A stretch of DNA of 64,000 bases from the NCBI GenBank assembly GCA_013203345.1, contig JABMQF010000062.1:2490-66489 (forward strand), written 5' to 3'. Below are positions 9,400-18,571 of the stretch, piece after piece (position 1 is the stretch's first letter; each line of letters opens with the position of its first letter). The notes below the pieces were generated by a model. That model saw only the letters and a list, made by a program, of their open reading frames with translations, did not search any database and was not told the DNA's origin. Source of the stretch: Candidatus Woesearchaeota archaeon. Its GTDB lineage: Archaea; Nanobdellota; Nanobdellia; Woesearchaeales; UBA11576. The translations under genes and the position numbers were made by a program.

Positions 9400-10587
9400 A
9401 TGAAACACAAGATCAGGAAGATGAGGAAAAACCTCAGAATGTACTACGGGTTTAGAGTATTGTGCGCTATGAATTTCATAATGCCGATATTCATGCTGTT
9501 CCTGATAGACAAAGGTCTCTCCTCATTCGAAATTGTTGTCACGCAGGCAGCATACACCCTGACAGAGATGCTGCTCACAGTCCCTTCCGGAGCGTTCGCA
9601 GACAAGGTAGGCAGGAAGAAGACGCTGATACTGTCAACAATAGTGTATAGTGTTGCGTTGGGTCTTTACGCATTTGTGGACTCATTCGTGCAGGTGCTAT
9701 TGGTTGAGATGGTCTTTGCAATAGCGAGCGCAGCGTTCCACGGAACTGGTGAAGCGTTCCTGTATGACACACTGGCAGAGGCAAAGCAGGAGAAGAAGTA
9801 CAAGAAGGTGTTGGGAACAGCGTATGCCCTACAGTCAGTTGTCATAGGTCTGGCCGCAGTGGCAGGCGGACTGATGGCAAAGCACGATCTTGCACTGCCG
9901 TTCCTTGTGTCAGCATTTCCAGTGGCGCTATCCATAGTGCCGCTGTTCTTGCTTGACGAGCCTAAAAGAAAGAATGTAGAGGACGCGTCCTACTTCAAGC
10001 TAATCAGGGACGCCACAGTGTATGTCGCAGGGCATCGTAGGCTAAGGAATATCATGTACTTTGTCGGCGTCACAACATTAGTAGGATTCATGGGCTTCAT
10101 GCTCTACCAGCCTATGCTGACAGAGATGGGAATGCCTATAGAATATCTTGGCGTTGTGATGATGGTGATGTCAGTCGCGCACGGACTCGGGAACAAGATA
10201 GCGCACAGGTTCGAGAAGAGACTGGGACACCTGGACCTGATGTTTGTTTTCACAGGTTTTCGGGCATTGCTTTACCTGCTCGTATATCTCGCGAGCGGGT
10301 ACTACCTGGTTGTGTGGGCGGTTGTGTTAGATCTCGTGTCTGGACTTGCGTCACCAATAGTGTCTGAGTGGGTGAACAGGCACTCAATGCCAGAGAACCG
10401 AGCGACAGTGCTGTCATTGTCGAGCATGGCGGGATGCCTCAGCTTCTCGTTGTTCTCGCCTTTGCTGGGACTTTACGTCGATGCGTATTCGTCACAGGCA
10501 TGCTACTTGCTGCTGGCGATAATACTTGGCGCGTATGCGTTGAGGCAGATAGCAGTGCTCCTCCTTGGCAGATTGTCGAGGGGGTAA
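9400..10587 (+). CDS. MFS transporter
   Basis: LTVPSGAFADKVGRK motif A, GTGEAFLYDTL and ENRATVLS; GAGGAG ribosome-binding site. Confidence 0.9.
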   Translation: MKHKIRKMRKNLRMYYGFRVLCAMNFIMPIFMLFLIDKGLSSFEIVVTQAAYTLTEMLLTVPSGAFADKVGRKKTLILSTIVYSVALGLYAFVDSFVQVLLVEMVFAIASAAFHGTGEAFLYDTLAEAKQEKKYKKVLGTAYALQSVVIGLAAVAGGLMAKHDLALPFLVSAFPVALSIVPLFLLDEPKRKNVEDASYFKLIRDATVYVAGHRRLRNIMYFVGVTTLVGFMGFMLYQPMLTEMGMPIEYLGVVMMVMSVAHGLGNKIAHRFEKRLGHLDLMFVFTGFRALLYLLVYLASGYYLVVWAVVLDLVSGLASPIVSEWVNRHSMPENRATVLSLSSMAGCLSFSLFSPLLGLYVDAYSSQACYLLLAIILGAYALRQIAVLLLGRLSRG

Positions 10588-10598
10588 ATTGTTTTTTC

Positions 10599-11567
10599 TT
10601 ATTCTTTTGGATAATAGCTTACCTTCATCTCCTCGATGTATTCCATGTGCTCTATGGATCTGATGAGATTCGGGAAGGTCTCTTTCAATGTTGTGATGAA
10701 TCTGTGGAGTTTTATAGAGTCCTTGAAATGAGCCTCTAACTCGAAATCAGGGCCGCCCAGTGCTTCTGTAGAGTATGCCACGTTCGGGTGCTGAGTCATG
10801 TGGTTGCGGATGAGCTTTATGTCTTCAGACTTCGCGTCCTTGAGATGTATCAGTAACTTGTAGAACCTCATGCCAAGTAAATCTGTGTTGAGGAATGTTC
10901 TGTAGCCGAGGATTATCTTATTTTCTTCCAGCTTCTTTATGCGGTATCTTACCACGCGCTCTGTCTGATTGATGGCTTTTGCAATGTCAAGACTGGTCTG
11001 TTTTGCGTTCCTTGTGAGTTGTGCGAGAATATTCTTGTCTGTGTCGTCGATGATATTCTTTCCTGGTTCTTTGCCTAATATAAACATCCTGTCCCTGTCC
11101 TTCTGCTCTGGAAGGATGAATGACCTCTCGAAGTTCCAGAATGTCGTCATCAATGTTATTCTCCTGTCCTCTATGAAATATCCAAAGAGGTCGTAGAACT
11201 GCTTCCACTTTTTCTGGAAATCATACTCATCCTCTGCGTAGAAGCTGAGACCTATATCCCAATCACCTAATACTGTCGTGAACCAGCTGGCGTGCTTCTG
11301 GAGGTAGTCTATCAGATCTTTTTCATCCTGTTTATAGGCGTTCTGTATCTTGAGCCAGACACGGTATAATTGCAGACCGAGCTTTGTGTGATCAATCACC
11401 GCAGTGTAGCCCTTGATGATCCTTTTTTCTTCTAATCGTTTTATTCTGTAATTAGTGACCTGCTTTGACAGGCCTACACGCTTTGCTATTGTGCTTTCAG
11501 GCATTCGGGCAGCCATATCCAGTGTTAAGAGAATCTTTCTGTCTTTTGTGTCCAATTCATTAGTCAT
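10599..11567 (-). CDS. Lrp/AsnC family regulator with two tandem HTH-RAM units
   Basis: LDTKDRKIL..IAKRVGLSKQVTNYRIKRLEE and IDDTDKNIL..IAKAINQTERVVRYRIKKLEE. Confidence 0.9.
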   Translation of the reverse strand: MTNELDTKDRKILLTLDMAARMPESTIAKRVGLSKQVTNYRIKRLEEKRIIKGYTAVIDHTKLGLQLYRVWLKIQNAYKQDEKDLIDYLQKHASWFTTVLGDWDIGLSFYAEDEYDFQKKWKQFYDLFGYFIEDRRITLMTTFWNFERSFILPEQKDRDRMFILGKEPGKNIIDDTDKNILAQLTRNAKQTSLDIAKAINQTERVVRYRIKKLEENKIILGYRTFLNTDLLGMRFYKLLIHLKDAKSEDIKLIRNHMTQHPNVAYSTEALGGPDFELEAHFKDSIKLHRFITTLKETFPNLIRSIEHMEYIEEMKVSYYPKE

Positions 11568-11686
11568 GGTTGGTTAAAAGCACTCATTCTATTTAAATAT
11601 TGTTGTTTTGTCAAAGAAATTGTTAGAAAGTTTGATATTACTTCTAAATACTACTTACTAGTAATAACTATTAGAGGTGGTAGGGT

Positions 11687-13192
11687 ATGTCTTCAGCAAT
11701 AGAAAAAGCAAAGAAAAAAGCAAAGCAAATCGATAGGGAATCACTCAATAAGTTAGGTATTGAGAGAACCCATGAAGAATACTACATAGTAGGCAACTAT
11801 CCCCCTTTGGCAGCACTTGATGATGTTGTAGAAAAAGGAATAGATATATTCGAAGGAGCAGGTCCGAGAGAAACAGACATCTACATCCATATTCCATTCT
11901 GTCTACAGTCATGTAACTTCTGTCATTTCTACTATGAGAAAATCGACGATCCTGATGTAGAACGTGCGCAGATCATAGGTGGAGAAAAATCAGCAGAGAT
12001 TGCGCAGAAAGAGAAGGACAGGATTGAAAAATATCTAAGCAACCTGAAACAAGAGATCTCAATGGTCGCAGAGAAAGTTGGAGGAATCACTGCAAGATCC
12101 ATCTACATAGGAGGAGGCACACCATCAGTGCTTTCAGCAGAACAGATATCTGATTTGTTTTCACACATACGACAGTATGTCAGTGTCCCTGATGAAGCTG
12201 AGATAAAATTCGATGTACACCCGCAAGTTGCACATGATTCCGAGAGAGTCGCGAAGTTCAAAGCACTCAGAGAAGCAGGTGTGAATAAGATAGCAATAGG
12301 TGGTGTGTGTCTGGATGACTCGGTCTGCAGCAAACAATCTCGGATGCATTCTGGAAAAGACACTGCAAAGCTAGCAATTGAACTCAAATCTGTTTACGGG
12401 TTCGACCATGTTAGGACAGATCTTATGATGGGCACTCAGAGGCAGACACCAGAGAACTGGGAAGCAGACCTGGACGAACTCATAGAGAAATGTGAGGTAG
12501 ACTGCGCCATGGCATTCCCATTAATGTTCAAGGCATCAGCACAGATATACAAATCATTCGTGCGTGATCCAGCAAAATTCCCATCAATCGAGGAAAGAGA
12601 CTTGCTGTATCTGATAGCTATTGAGAAATTTAAAGAGAAAGGATACACACAGGATTTGCTGTTCTACTTCAACAGAGAGTCTGAAGAGGATGACCAGCAG
12701 ATGCGAAAATTCAAGAGCCTCGATGAGACAGAGATGCTGTGCTTCGGCCCGACAGGATTTGGTTTTGTCAATGGGCACCAGTACTTCAACGCGCCTGACG
12801 AGGTATCATACAATACTGCAATCGAACAGGGAAAATTGCCTGTGTGGAGAGCGGCGAAGCTCACCGAGAGACAACTGTTCGAGAGGGATGTGATATTCGG
12901 ACTCAGGACTGCTGAAGGTGTTGACAAAGAGCGGATGATGAAGAAGTACGGACGTGATTTGAGTACTGAGTACAGCACGCAGATATCACAGTTCTGCGAA
13001 GCAGGACTGCTTGAGTCAGACGAAGAAGGCATCAGGCTGACAGAGATTGGAAAACTCCGAGGAGATGAGATTGCAGCAAGTTTTGGAGGCGATGATGTTC
13101 GCCTGAAATCAGAACAGGTTGCGATGAAGGAAGACCCTGCGGGTCCGGTACAAAGGTACCACTACCACCCGCATGGGCACAGGTTGAGGTGA
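11687..13192 (+). CDS. HemN/HemW-like (class C-type) radical SAM protein
   Basis: IYIHIPFCLQSCNFC (CxxxCxxC), IYIGGGTPS, and a HemN C-terminal region IFGLRT..G..LTEIG. Confidence 0.9.
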   Translation: MSSAIEKAKKKAKQIDRESLNKLGIERTHEEYYIVGNYPPLAALDDVVEKGIDIFEGAGPRETDIYIHIPFCLQSCNFCHFYYEKIDDPDVERAQIIGGEKSAEIAQKEKDRIEKYLSNLKQEISMVAEKVGGITARSIYIGGGTPSVLSAEQISDLFSHIRQYVSVPDEAEIKFDVHPQVAHDSERVAKFKALREAGVNKIAIGGVCLDDSVCSKQSRMHSGKDTAKLAIELKSVYGFDHVRTDLMMGTQRQTPENWEADLDELIEKCEVDCAMAFPLMFKASAQIYKSFVRDPAKFPSIEERDLLYLIAIEKFKEKGYTQDLLFYFNRESEEDDQQMRKFKSLDETEMLCFGPTGFGFVNGHQYFNAPDEVSYNTAIEQGKLPVWRAAKLTERQLFERDVIFGLRTAEGVDKERMMKKYGRDLSTEYSTQISQFCEAGLLESDEEGIRLTEIGKLRGDEIAASFGGDDVRLKSEQVAMKEDPAGPVQRYHYHPHGHRLR

Positions 13193-14712
13193 TGAGAATG
13201 AAACAAAAGAAAGTAAGTCTGGTATCAGCAGGCGTATCTAGGAATGAATGTCCGAGGTACTCAAGGTTCCAATCGCTTAACGCGCCTGGAATGTTTTACC
13301 TAAAGGCATCTCTGGAGAATGCAGGGTATGAAGTGGACCTTATCAACCAACCTACCGACGGTCTGACTGATGAAGAAGTCAGGAACGAGATAGAGGTATC
13401 TAATCCTGACTTCGTGCTGTTCAACCAGTTCTACAGCACAAGGGAAAGGGTCAAAGCCATTGTCGAGTCACTCGACATTGATTGCGTTGTTGGTGTAGGA
13501 GGACACGATCCTACGTTCAACGCATTTGAGACAGATGATTTTGAGGAAGAGTACAGCCATGTCGACTTTGTCTGGGCAGGCGAGGCAGAGACAGGACTGC
13601 CAGGATTCCTGGAGACAATAGTAGCTGGCAGCGGGCCTCTGTTGGTAGACCAGAGAGACAACAGAGTGCAGGATCTTGATTCCCTGCCAGTGCTGAAGCA
13701 CGATGATTACTCGGGAGACACCGGTTTCTTGACGACATCAAGAGGTTGCATGCGCAGAGGATGCGACTTCTGCACAACACCATCTTTCTACAAGGACGGG
13801 TGGAGGGAGAGAAGTGTAGAGCATGTCGGTGAAGAACTTGAAAACCTCGCAGAGAACGGGAAAAAATATGTGATGATAACCGATGATAACTTCCTTGGGT
13901 TCTCTGAAGAAGATCTTGAACGCGGACACAGTATACTACAGCGTTGTGCAGAACTCGACCTCAAGGTGATGTTTCTCACCATGACAGACAGGCTCATGAA
14001 AGCGGATAGCAAAGGATATCTTGAACAGTGGGCTGACGCAGCGTTCAGAATATTTATCGGTGTAGAGAATGGAGATGAGTGTGCTGTCAGGAAGCTCGGC
14101 AAATGCAAACGAAGCAAGGATCACAGAGGTTCGAGCCAACAGGCCATCCAAAGACTGTATGAGGTAGGTATTCCTCCTCTTGTAGGCTACATAAACTTCA
14201 ACCCTGAATCTACATTTGAAGAGTTGGCCAGCAGTGCAGAGTTCCTCTATAAATCAGGCATGGAAGCTGCGAAGTTCATAAATCTGACGCAAGAGCTGAG
14301 AATCTTTGAAGGTACAAGGACGCTTGAGAAGTTCAAGGAGGAGAACAAAGACTTCGAGATCATTGAAAGGGAGTATGTCTATAGGTTCGACAATCCTGCT
14401 GTTGATGACTTTTTCAGATACATGAAAGACGAAGTCAGGTGCGAAGTGACAGACGACACTGACCAGGCAATCTTTGACATAGAGGAACTGCTGTATGTGA
14501 ACAAGCTTCAAGACACAGATCTTGGCAAGGAGTACTGGGAACTTCGAGAGATGACCAACGAGCACAACTACTGCTTTTTCATGGAAGCTCTGGAGACATT
14601 CAGGCAGGGTGCTGAAAAACCTTCAGCAGGCAGGTTCCTTGAGGATTCTGTAATGCAGAAGAAGGCGTATGATGATTTGCAGACCAGGATAACTCAGCGA
14701 ATACAGACCTAA
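13189..14712 (+). CDS. Cobalamin-dependent (class B) radical SAM protein
   Basis: B12-binding-type N-terminus (PGMFYLKASLENAGYEV, VGGHDPT, GEAE); TSRGCMRRGCDFC, DDNF and GVENG. GTGA overlap with the upstream gene. Confidence 0.88.
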   Translation: MMRMKQKKVSLVSAGVSRNECPRYSRFQSLNAPGMFYLKASLENAGYEVDLINQPTDGLTDEEVRNEIEVSNPDFVLFNQFYSTRERVKAIVESLDIDCVVGVGGHDPTFNAFETDDFEEEYSHVDFVWAGEAETGLPGFLETIVAGSGPLLVDQRDNRVQDLDSLPVLKHDDYSGDTGFLTTSRGCMRRGCDFCTTPSFYKDGWRERSVEHVGEELENLAENGKKYVMITDDNFLGFSEEDLERGHSILQRCAELDLKVMFLTMTDRLMKADSKGYLEQWADAAFRIFIGVENGDECAVRKLGKCKRSKDHRGSSQQAIQRLYEVGIPPLVGYINFNPESTFEELASSAEFLYKSGMEAAKFINLTQELRIFEGTRTLEKFKEENKDFEIIEREYVYRFDNPAVDDFFRYMKDEVRCEVTDDTDQAIFDIEELLYVNKLQDTDLGKEYWELREMTNEHNYCFFMEALETFRQGAEKPSAGRFLEDSVMQKKAYDDLQTRITQRIQT

Positions 14713-14728
14713 TTTTTTTATTTTTTTT
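14713..14728 (+). terminator. Oligo-T archaeal terminator
   Basis: T-run immediately after the radical SAM stop codon. Confidence 0.45.
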
Positions 14729-14765
14729 AATAACTTTTATAAGCAAAGAATGCTGAAGTGGGCCT

Positions 14766-16454
14766 ATGGGACTTATGCTAGAATGGTTCGGGATAGAATC
14801 CATCGACAAGGACATCAAAAAAGAGCTGAAGCTGATTGATGAACTTCTTGATGATGTCTCTGACATAGATTCAGTTGTCAATAAAATAGGAGTGAGGAAG
14901 AAAAAGCTAAGGAATCTGCTTGCACCTAATGGAAGAAGAATAAAAAACGGATTCTCACTGAAGAAAAAAGTAAATGATACGCTCCAACCATATCTAAATG
15001 GAGAAAAACAGACTAAAAATCTAACCAAGATACTTATCCTTCACAAGATGCTCTCAGACTTTGACCATGATCACCTCTGGCAGGAACTTATCCAGCTGTG
15101 GAATGAAGAGTATGACCTTATACTAAAAGGAAATCTTGATGCTGTTAAAAATAATCTTCAAGAGCAAAAGCACATTGCAGAAACACTGAAAAAGGTGGTT
15201 GTGTTGGAGTTCAATGAGACCCACATCCATTTCGGCCCTAATATAGATGCAGACATTCACTGGAAATATCTCAAGAGACTTTGGACGATAGCTGTAAAGG
15301 AATTGAAGAAACCAGACGTCAAAGCAAAGATAACAGAAATAAGGAATACACCTCGTAAAGATGTTGATACAAATAGTTATGCATCAAACATAATACTTCT
15401 ACTTGAAGCATACAACAGAACATACAACCGAAGCTACTGCGGTCGGGAAAATTACCAAAGGATCTACGATGATGACAAGAAAGCGCTCCACAGAATCATG
15501 CGGAATTACTTCAGCAAGAAATGGACAGAAACAAAGGTATTTGTAGAGTTTGAGAAGCTCCTCATAATGCAACCAGAGGAATATGGCACGTTCAGAGGAT
15601 TCCAAAGGAAAGCAGAGATACTAAATATGATACAGCAAGCGGCTTCGTCGACAAACTTCAGAAGAGAATACTTCATCAAGAATATTGAAAACATGGTGCA
15701 GCACAACCTCGCGCACAACATAACACACATAGAGATCAGGTATCCTGTTCAACAATTAGAAGGATTCAAATTTTTCACTGAAATAATACAGGAAACTGAA
15801 AAGAAATACCCTGTGACTATACGCGCCATACAATTCCCTGTCAGAACTATTGAAGCATTGATAAAGTTTTATGAAGAATACTCTAAATTACCCAAAAGAA
15901 TTAGAAAATACATCGTAGGAGTGGACTTTGTCGGCGACATCGAGAACACTGAAGCTCTTAATCTGGCAGAGAAATCAGGCATCCCATTATGCGTGCACGC
16001 GGGAGAGCTTTTCAAGAGAAATACAGAAAGTGTAGAGCATGCGTTGAGAGAAGTCGAACTGGCACTTAATTTTCCAACAATCCATAGGATAGGACATGCA
16101 ACAATACTTGGCATAGATATTCGCAAATATCTTCAAAGCAAAGTCAAGCCAGCAAAGATTACAAGTCTTGTAAGGAAACAATCAGAACTGATATCGAGAG
16201 TGAAGAAACAAGATGTGTTCATAGAAGCAAACCCCTCATCAAATGTGCAAATAGCAGGACTGAAACATTATGGAGAGCATCCTATAGCAAAGTTCTCAGA
16301 GCATGGCGTCAAGTTCGCAATAAGTACAGACGACAGAGTGTCTTTTGACACGAATCTGAAAAAAGAGTTCTATAGGATTGCAAGGGCGTTGCGATGGACC
16401 TCTGAAGAGATTGACAAAGCAGCAAGGATGCAGAAAGAGGCTAGGTTGAAGTGA
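14766..16454 (+). CDS. Adenosine/AMP deaminase family protein with an N-terminal helical extension
   Basis: ETHIHFG, GVDFVG, HAGE, RIGHA, EANPSSN and ISTDD motifs. Confidence 0.85.
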   Translation: MGLMLEWFGIESIDKDIKKELKLIDELLDDVSDIDSVVNKIGVRKKKLRNLLAPNGRRIKNGFSLKKKVNDTLQPYLNGEKQTKNLTKILILHKMLSDFDHDHLWQELIQLWNEEYDLILKGNLDAVKNNLQEQKHIAETLKKVVVLEFNETHIHFGPNIDADIHWKYLKRLWTIAVKELKKPDVKAKITEIRNTPRKDVDTNSYASNIILLLEAYNRTYNRSYCGRENYQRIYDDDKKALHRIMRNYFSKKWTETKVFVEFEKLLIMQPEEYGTFRGFQRKAEILNMIQQAASSTNFRREYFIKNIENMVQHNLAHNITHIEIRYPVQQLEGFKFFTEIIQETEKKYPVTIRAIQFPVRTIEALIKFYEEYSKLPKRIRKYIVGVDFVGDIENTEALNLAEKSGIPLCVHAGELFKRNTESVEHALREVELALNFPTIHRIGHATILGIDIRKYLQSKVKPAKITSLVRKQSELISRVKKQDVFIEANPSSNVQIAGLKHYGEHPIAKFSEHGVKFAISTDDRVSFDTNLKKEFYRIARALRWTSEEIDKAARMQKEARLK

Positions 16455-16512
16455 GCAGATTAAATAACTCCTAAAATATTTATATAGAATCAACTGTTTG
16501 ATTTAATTCATC

Positions 16513-17499
16513 ATGATATTTCCACCAAAATTAAAACAAGGAGATGAAATACGAGTCATTGCTCCTGCCAGAAGCCTGTCATTACTATCTGAAGAGAATG
16601 TCCAGTTAGCCAAAGAGAATTTTGAAAAGCAAGGCTTTAAGATTACGTTTTCCAAGAACTGCAAAGAATCTGATGTATTCATGTCGTCTTCAATAAAATC
16701 AAGAGTTGAAGACATCCATGAAGCATTTGCAGATAAAAATGTGAAAGCTATTTTTACAGTAATTGGGGGTTATAACTCAAACCAATTATTGAAGTATCTT
16801 GATTATGAGCTGATCAAGAACAATCCAAAAATCCTTTGTGGTTATTCAGACATCACAGCATTAGCAAATGCGATAACTTCAAAGACAGGATTGGTCACTT
16901 ATTCAGGTCTTCATTTTTCTACATGGGCAATGAAAAAAGAATTTGAATATAATTTATATTATTTCAAAAAATGTCTTATCGATAAAGATGAATTTATCGT
17001 CGAAGCTTCCAAGACCTGGTCTGATGATGTCTGGTTCAATAATCAGGACAATAGAAAAATTGAGAAAAACGAAGGATTTGTAATCATCAATAAAGGAGAA
17101 GCAGAAGGGAAAATCATTGGAGGGAACCTTTGCACATTTAATTTGCTTCAAGGAACTGAGTTCATGCCCGATATCTCAAATAGTATCTTATTTCTTGAAG
17201 AGTGCTATAGCGGCGAACAAGAATTTGCAGCAGAATTTGACAGGCTTCTGCAATCCATCAACCATCAACCAAATTTTGATAAAGTGACTGGCCTTGTGAT
17301 TGGCAGATTTCAAAAAGAATCTGAAATGACTATAGAAAAGTTAGGACACATCATCAAGACCAAAAAAGAATTGGACAATATCCCTATAATCGCAAATGCC
17401 GACTTCGGCCACACAAATCCTTTGATCACTTTTCCCATCGGCGGATATGCAAAGTTAAAAGTCGATGATAAAGTTGAATTGAAAATTCTTGAACATTGA
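16513..17499 (+). CDS. S66 family peptidase (LD-carboxypeptidase / MccF-like)
   Basis: PPKLKQGDEIRVIAP, GYSDIT (Ser), FLEE (Glu) and DFGHT (His), plus GGNL. Confidence 0.92.
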   Translation: MIFPPKLKQGDEIRVIAPARSLSLLSEENVQLAKENFEKQGFKITFSKNCKESDVFMSSSIKSRVEDIHEAFADKNVKAIFTVIGGYNSNQLLKYLDYELIKNNPKILCGYSDITALANAITSKTGLVTYSGLHFSTWAMKKEFEYNLYYFKKCLIDKDEFIVEASKTWSDDVWFNNQDNRKIEKNEGFVIINKGEAEGKIIGGNLCTFNLLQGTEFMPDISNSILFLEECYSGEQEFAAEFDRLLQSINHQPNFDKVTGLVIGRFQKESEMTIEKLGHIIKTKKELDNIPIIANADFGHTNPLITFPIGGYAKLKVDDKVELKILEH

Positions 17500-17559
17500 T
17501 CGAGTAACTCGCAGTGTTCTACGCGAATATTTATATAAGCACAGGATCTTTTTATTTGC

Positions 17560-18240
17560 GTGAAACAATCCATCAGAAAGATATACAACAGGAAGGACAG
17601 CACCTTCAAGAAATTCAGTAAGTTAGATAATGAGTATACAGACCTCATCAAAAAGAATTTGGAAAAGGATTCTGTTGTGCTGGATATCGGCTGTGGCTGC
17701 GGCAAGCTGACAGCATCGATTCACAAGCATGCAAAGAAAGTGGTTGGCATTGATTTTTCTGAGGAGCTCATCAAGTCAGCCAAAAAAGCAAGGAACATAG
17801 AATACAAGATTATGGATGGAGAAAGGCTTAGTTTTCCCAAGGATTCTTTTGATGTCATCATATCCCACGCAGTGCTGAACAAAATTATGTGCAAGGCAGA
17901 CAAAGCGCTCAAGCAAGGATACAGGATTCTCAAGCCAGGCGGAAAAATCATCACCAAGATGATATACAAGAGTTGGGGTAAGGAGTTCGGTTTCAAAGAA
18001 GGATACAACAAAAAGGAAATACAATACATATTGAAGCAGATAGGCTACAAGAATATCGACATATCAATAACACGACAGACAAGGAAGATAAATAATGAGA
18101 ATGAAATCATTTGGCTCAGAAGCACAGAGGCTGCAGATTCTCCAAAGAACCTCGAAGAGTGGTTCAACATATCCAGACAGAAAGGAAAATATATCTTTGA
18201 TGACAGTTTCATGGTCGTATATGCTGAGAAGAGTGATTGA
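17560..18240 (+). CDS. Class I SAM-dependent methyltransferase
   Basis: VLDIGCGCG, GIDFS, SFDVII and RILKPGG motifs. Confidence 0.9.
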   Translation: MKQSIRKIYNRKDSTFKKFSKLDNEYTDLIKKNLEKDSVVLDIGCGCGKLTASIHKHAKKVVGIDFSEELIKSAKKARNIEYKIMDGERLSFPKDSFDVIISHAVLNKIMCKADKALKQGYRILKPGGKIITKMIYKSWGKEFGFKEGYNKKEIQYILKQIGYKNIDISITRQTRKINNENEIIWLRSTEAADSPKNLEEWFNISRQKGKYIFDDSFMVVYAEKSD

Positions 18241-18303
18241 GATCATTTGCCTGCGCCAGGCTTCTACAATTGTTAATCAATATACTCATTGTGATTTCTA
18301 TCT

Positions 18304-18352
18304 GCCAATAATGTCACACTTCATTCTATAATATCCCAACTTTCTTTATAAA
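18304..18352 (+). promoter_or_regulatory. GAC-N6-GTCAC-type site plus TATA box
   Basis: GCC-AATAAT-GTCAC at 18304-18317; TTTATAAA at 18345. Confidence 0.6.
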
Positions 18353-18376
18353 GATTGTTGCCTTATTGTGTGTTGT

Positions 18377-18571
18377 ATGATGTATATGTCATCTGATTAT
18401 GCTGGATGTGGAAGTGGATGCGGCGGTGGCTGTGGTGTATCGCAGAGCTATGCTTCTGCAGATGGGCCTGGTGCTTCTGGCTACATAGGCAATAGTGTGC
18501 AACAGAGCTTTGCTGACTCGCCATCTTACGGGGTGCTACGGAGTGCCTGCGTGGAGTATAAAGGAACATGA
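18377..18571 (+). CDS. Small Cys/Gly/Ser/Tyr-rich peptide (possibly the N-terminal part of the next gene)
   Basis: MMYMSSDYAGCGSGCGGGCGVSQSY..; lies directly after a TATA box and has an ATGA overlap with the next ORF. Confidence 0.5.
   Translation: MMYMSSDYAGCGSGCGGGCGVSQSYASADGPGASGYIGNSVQQSFADSPSYGVLRSACVEYKGT

Noticed and set aside
14766..16454. RADAR defence system
   Set aside because: No adjacent RdrA-type ATPase is present.
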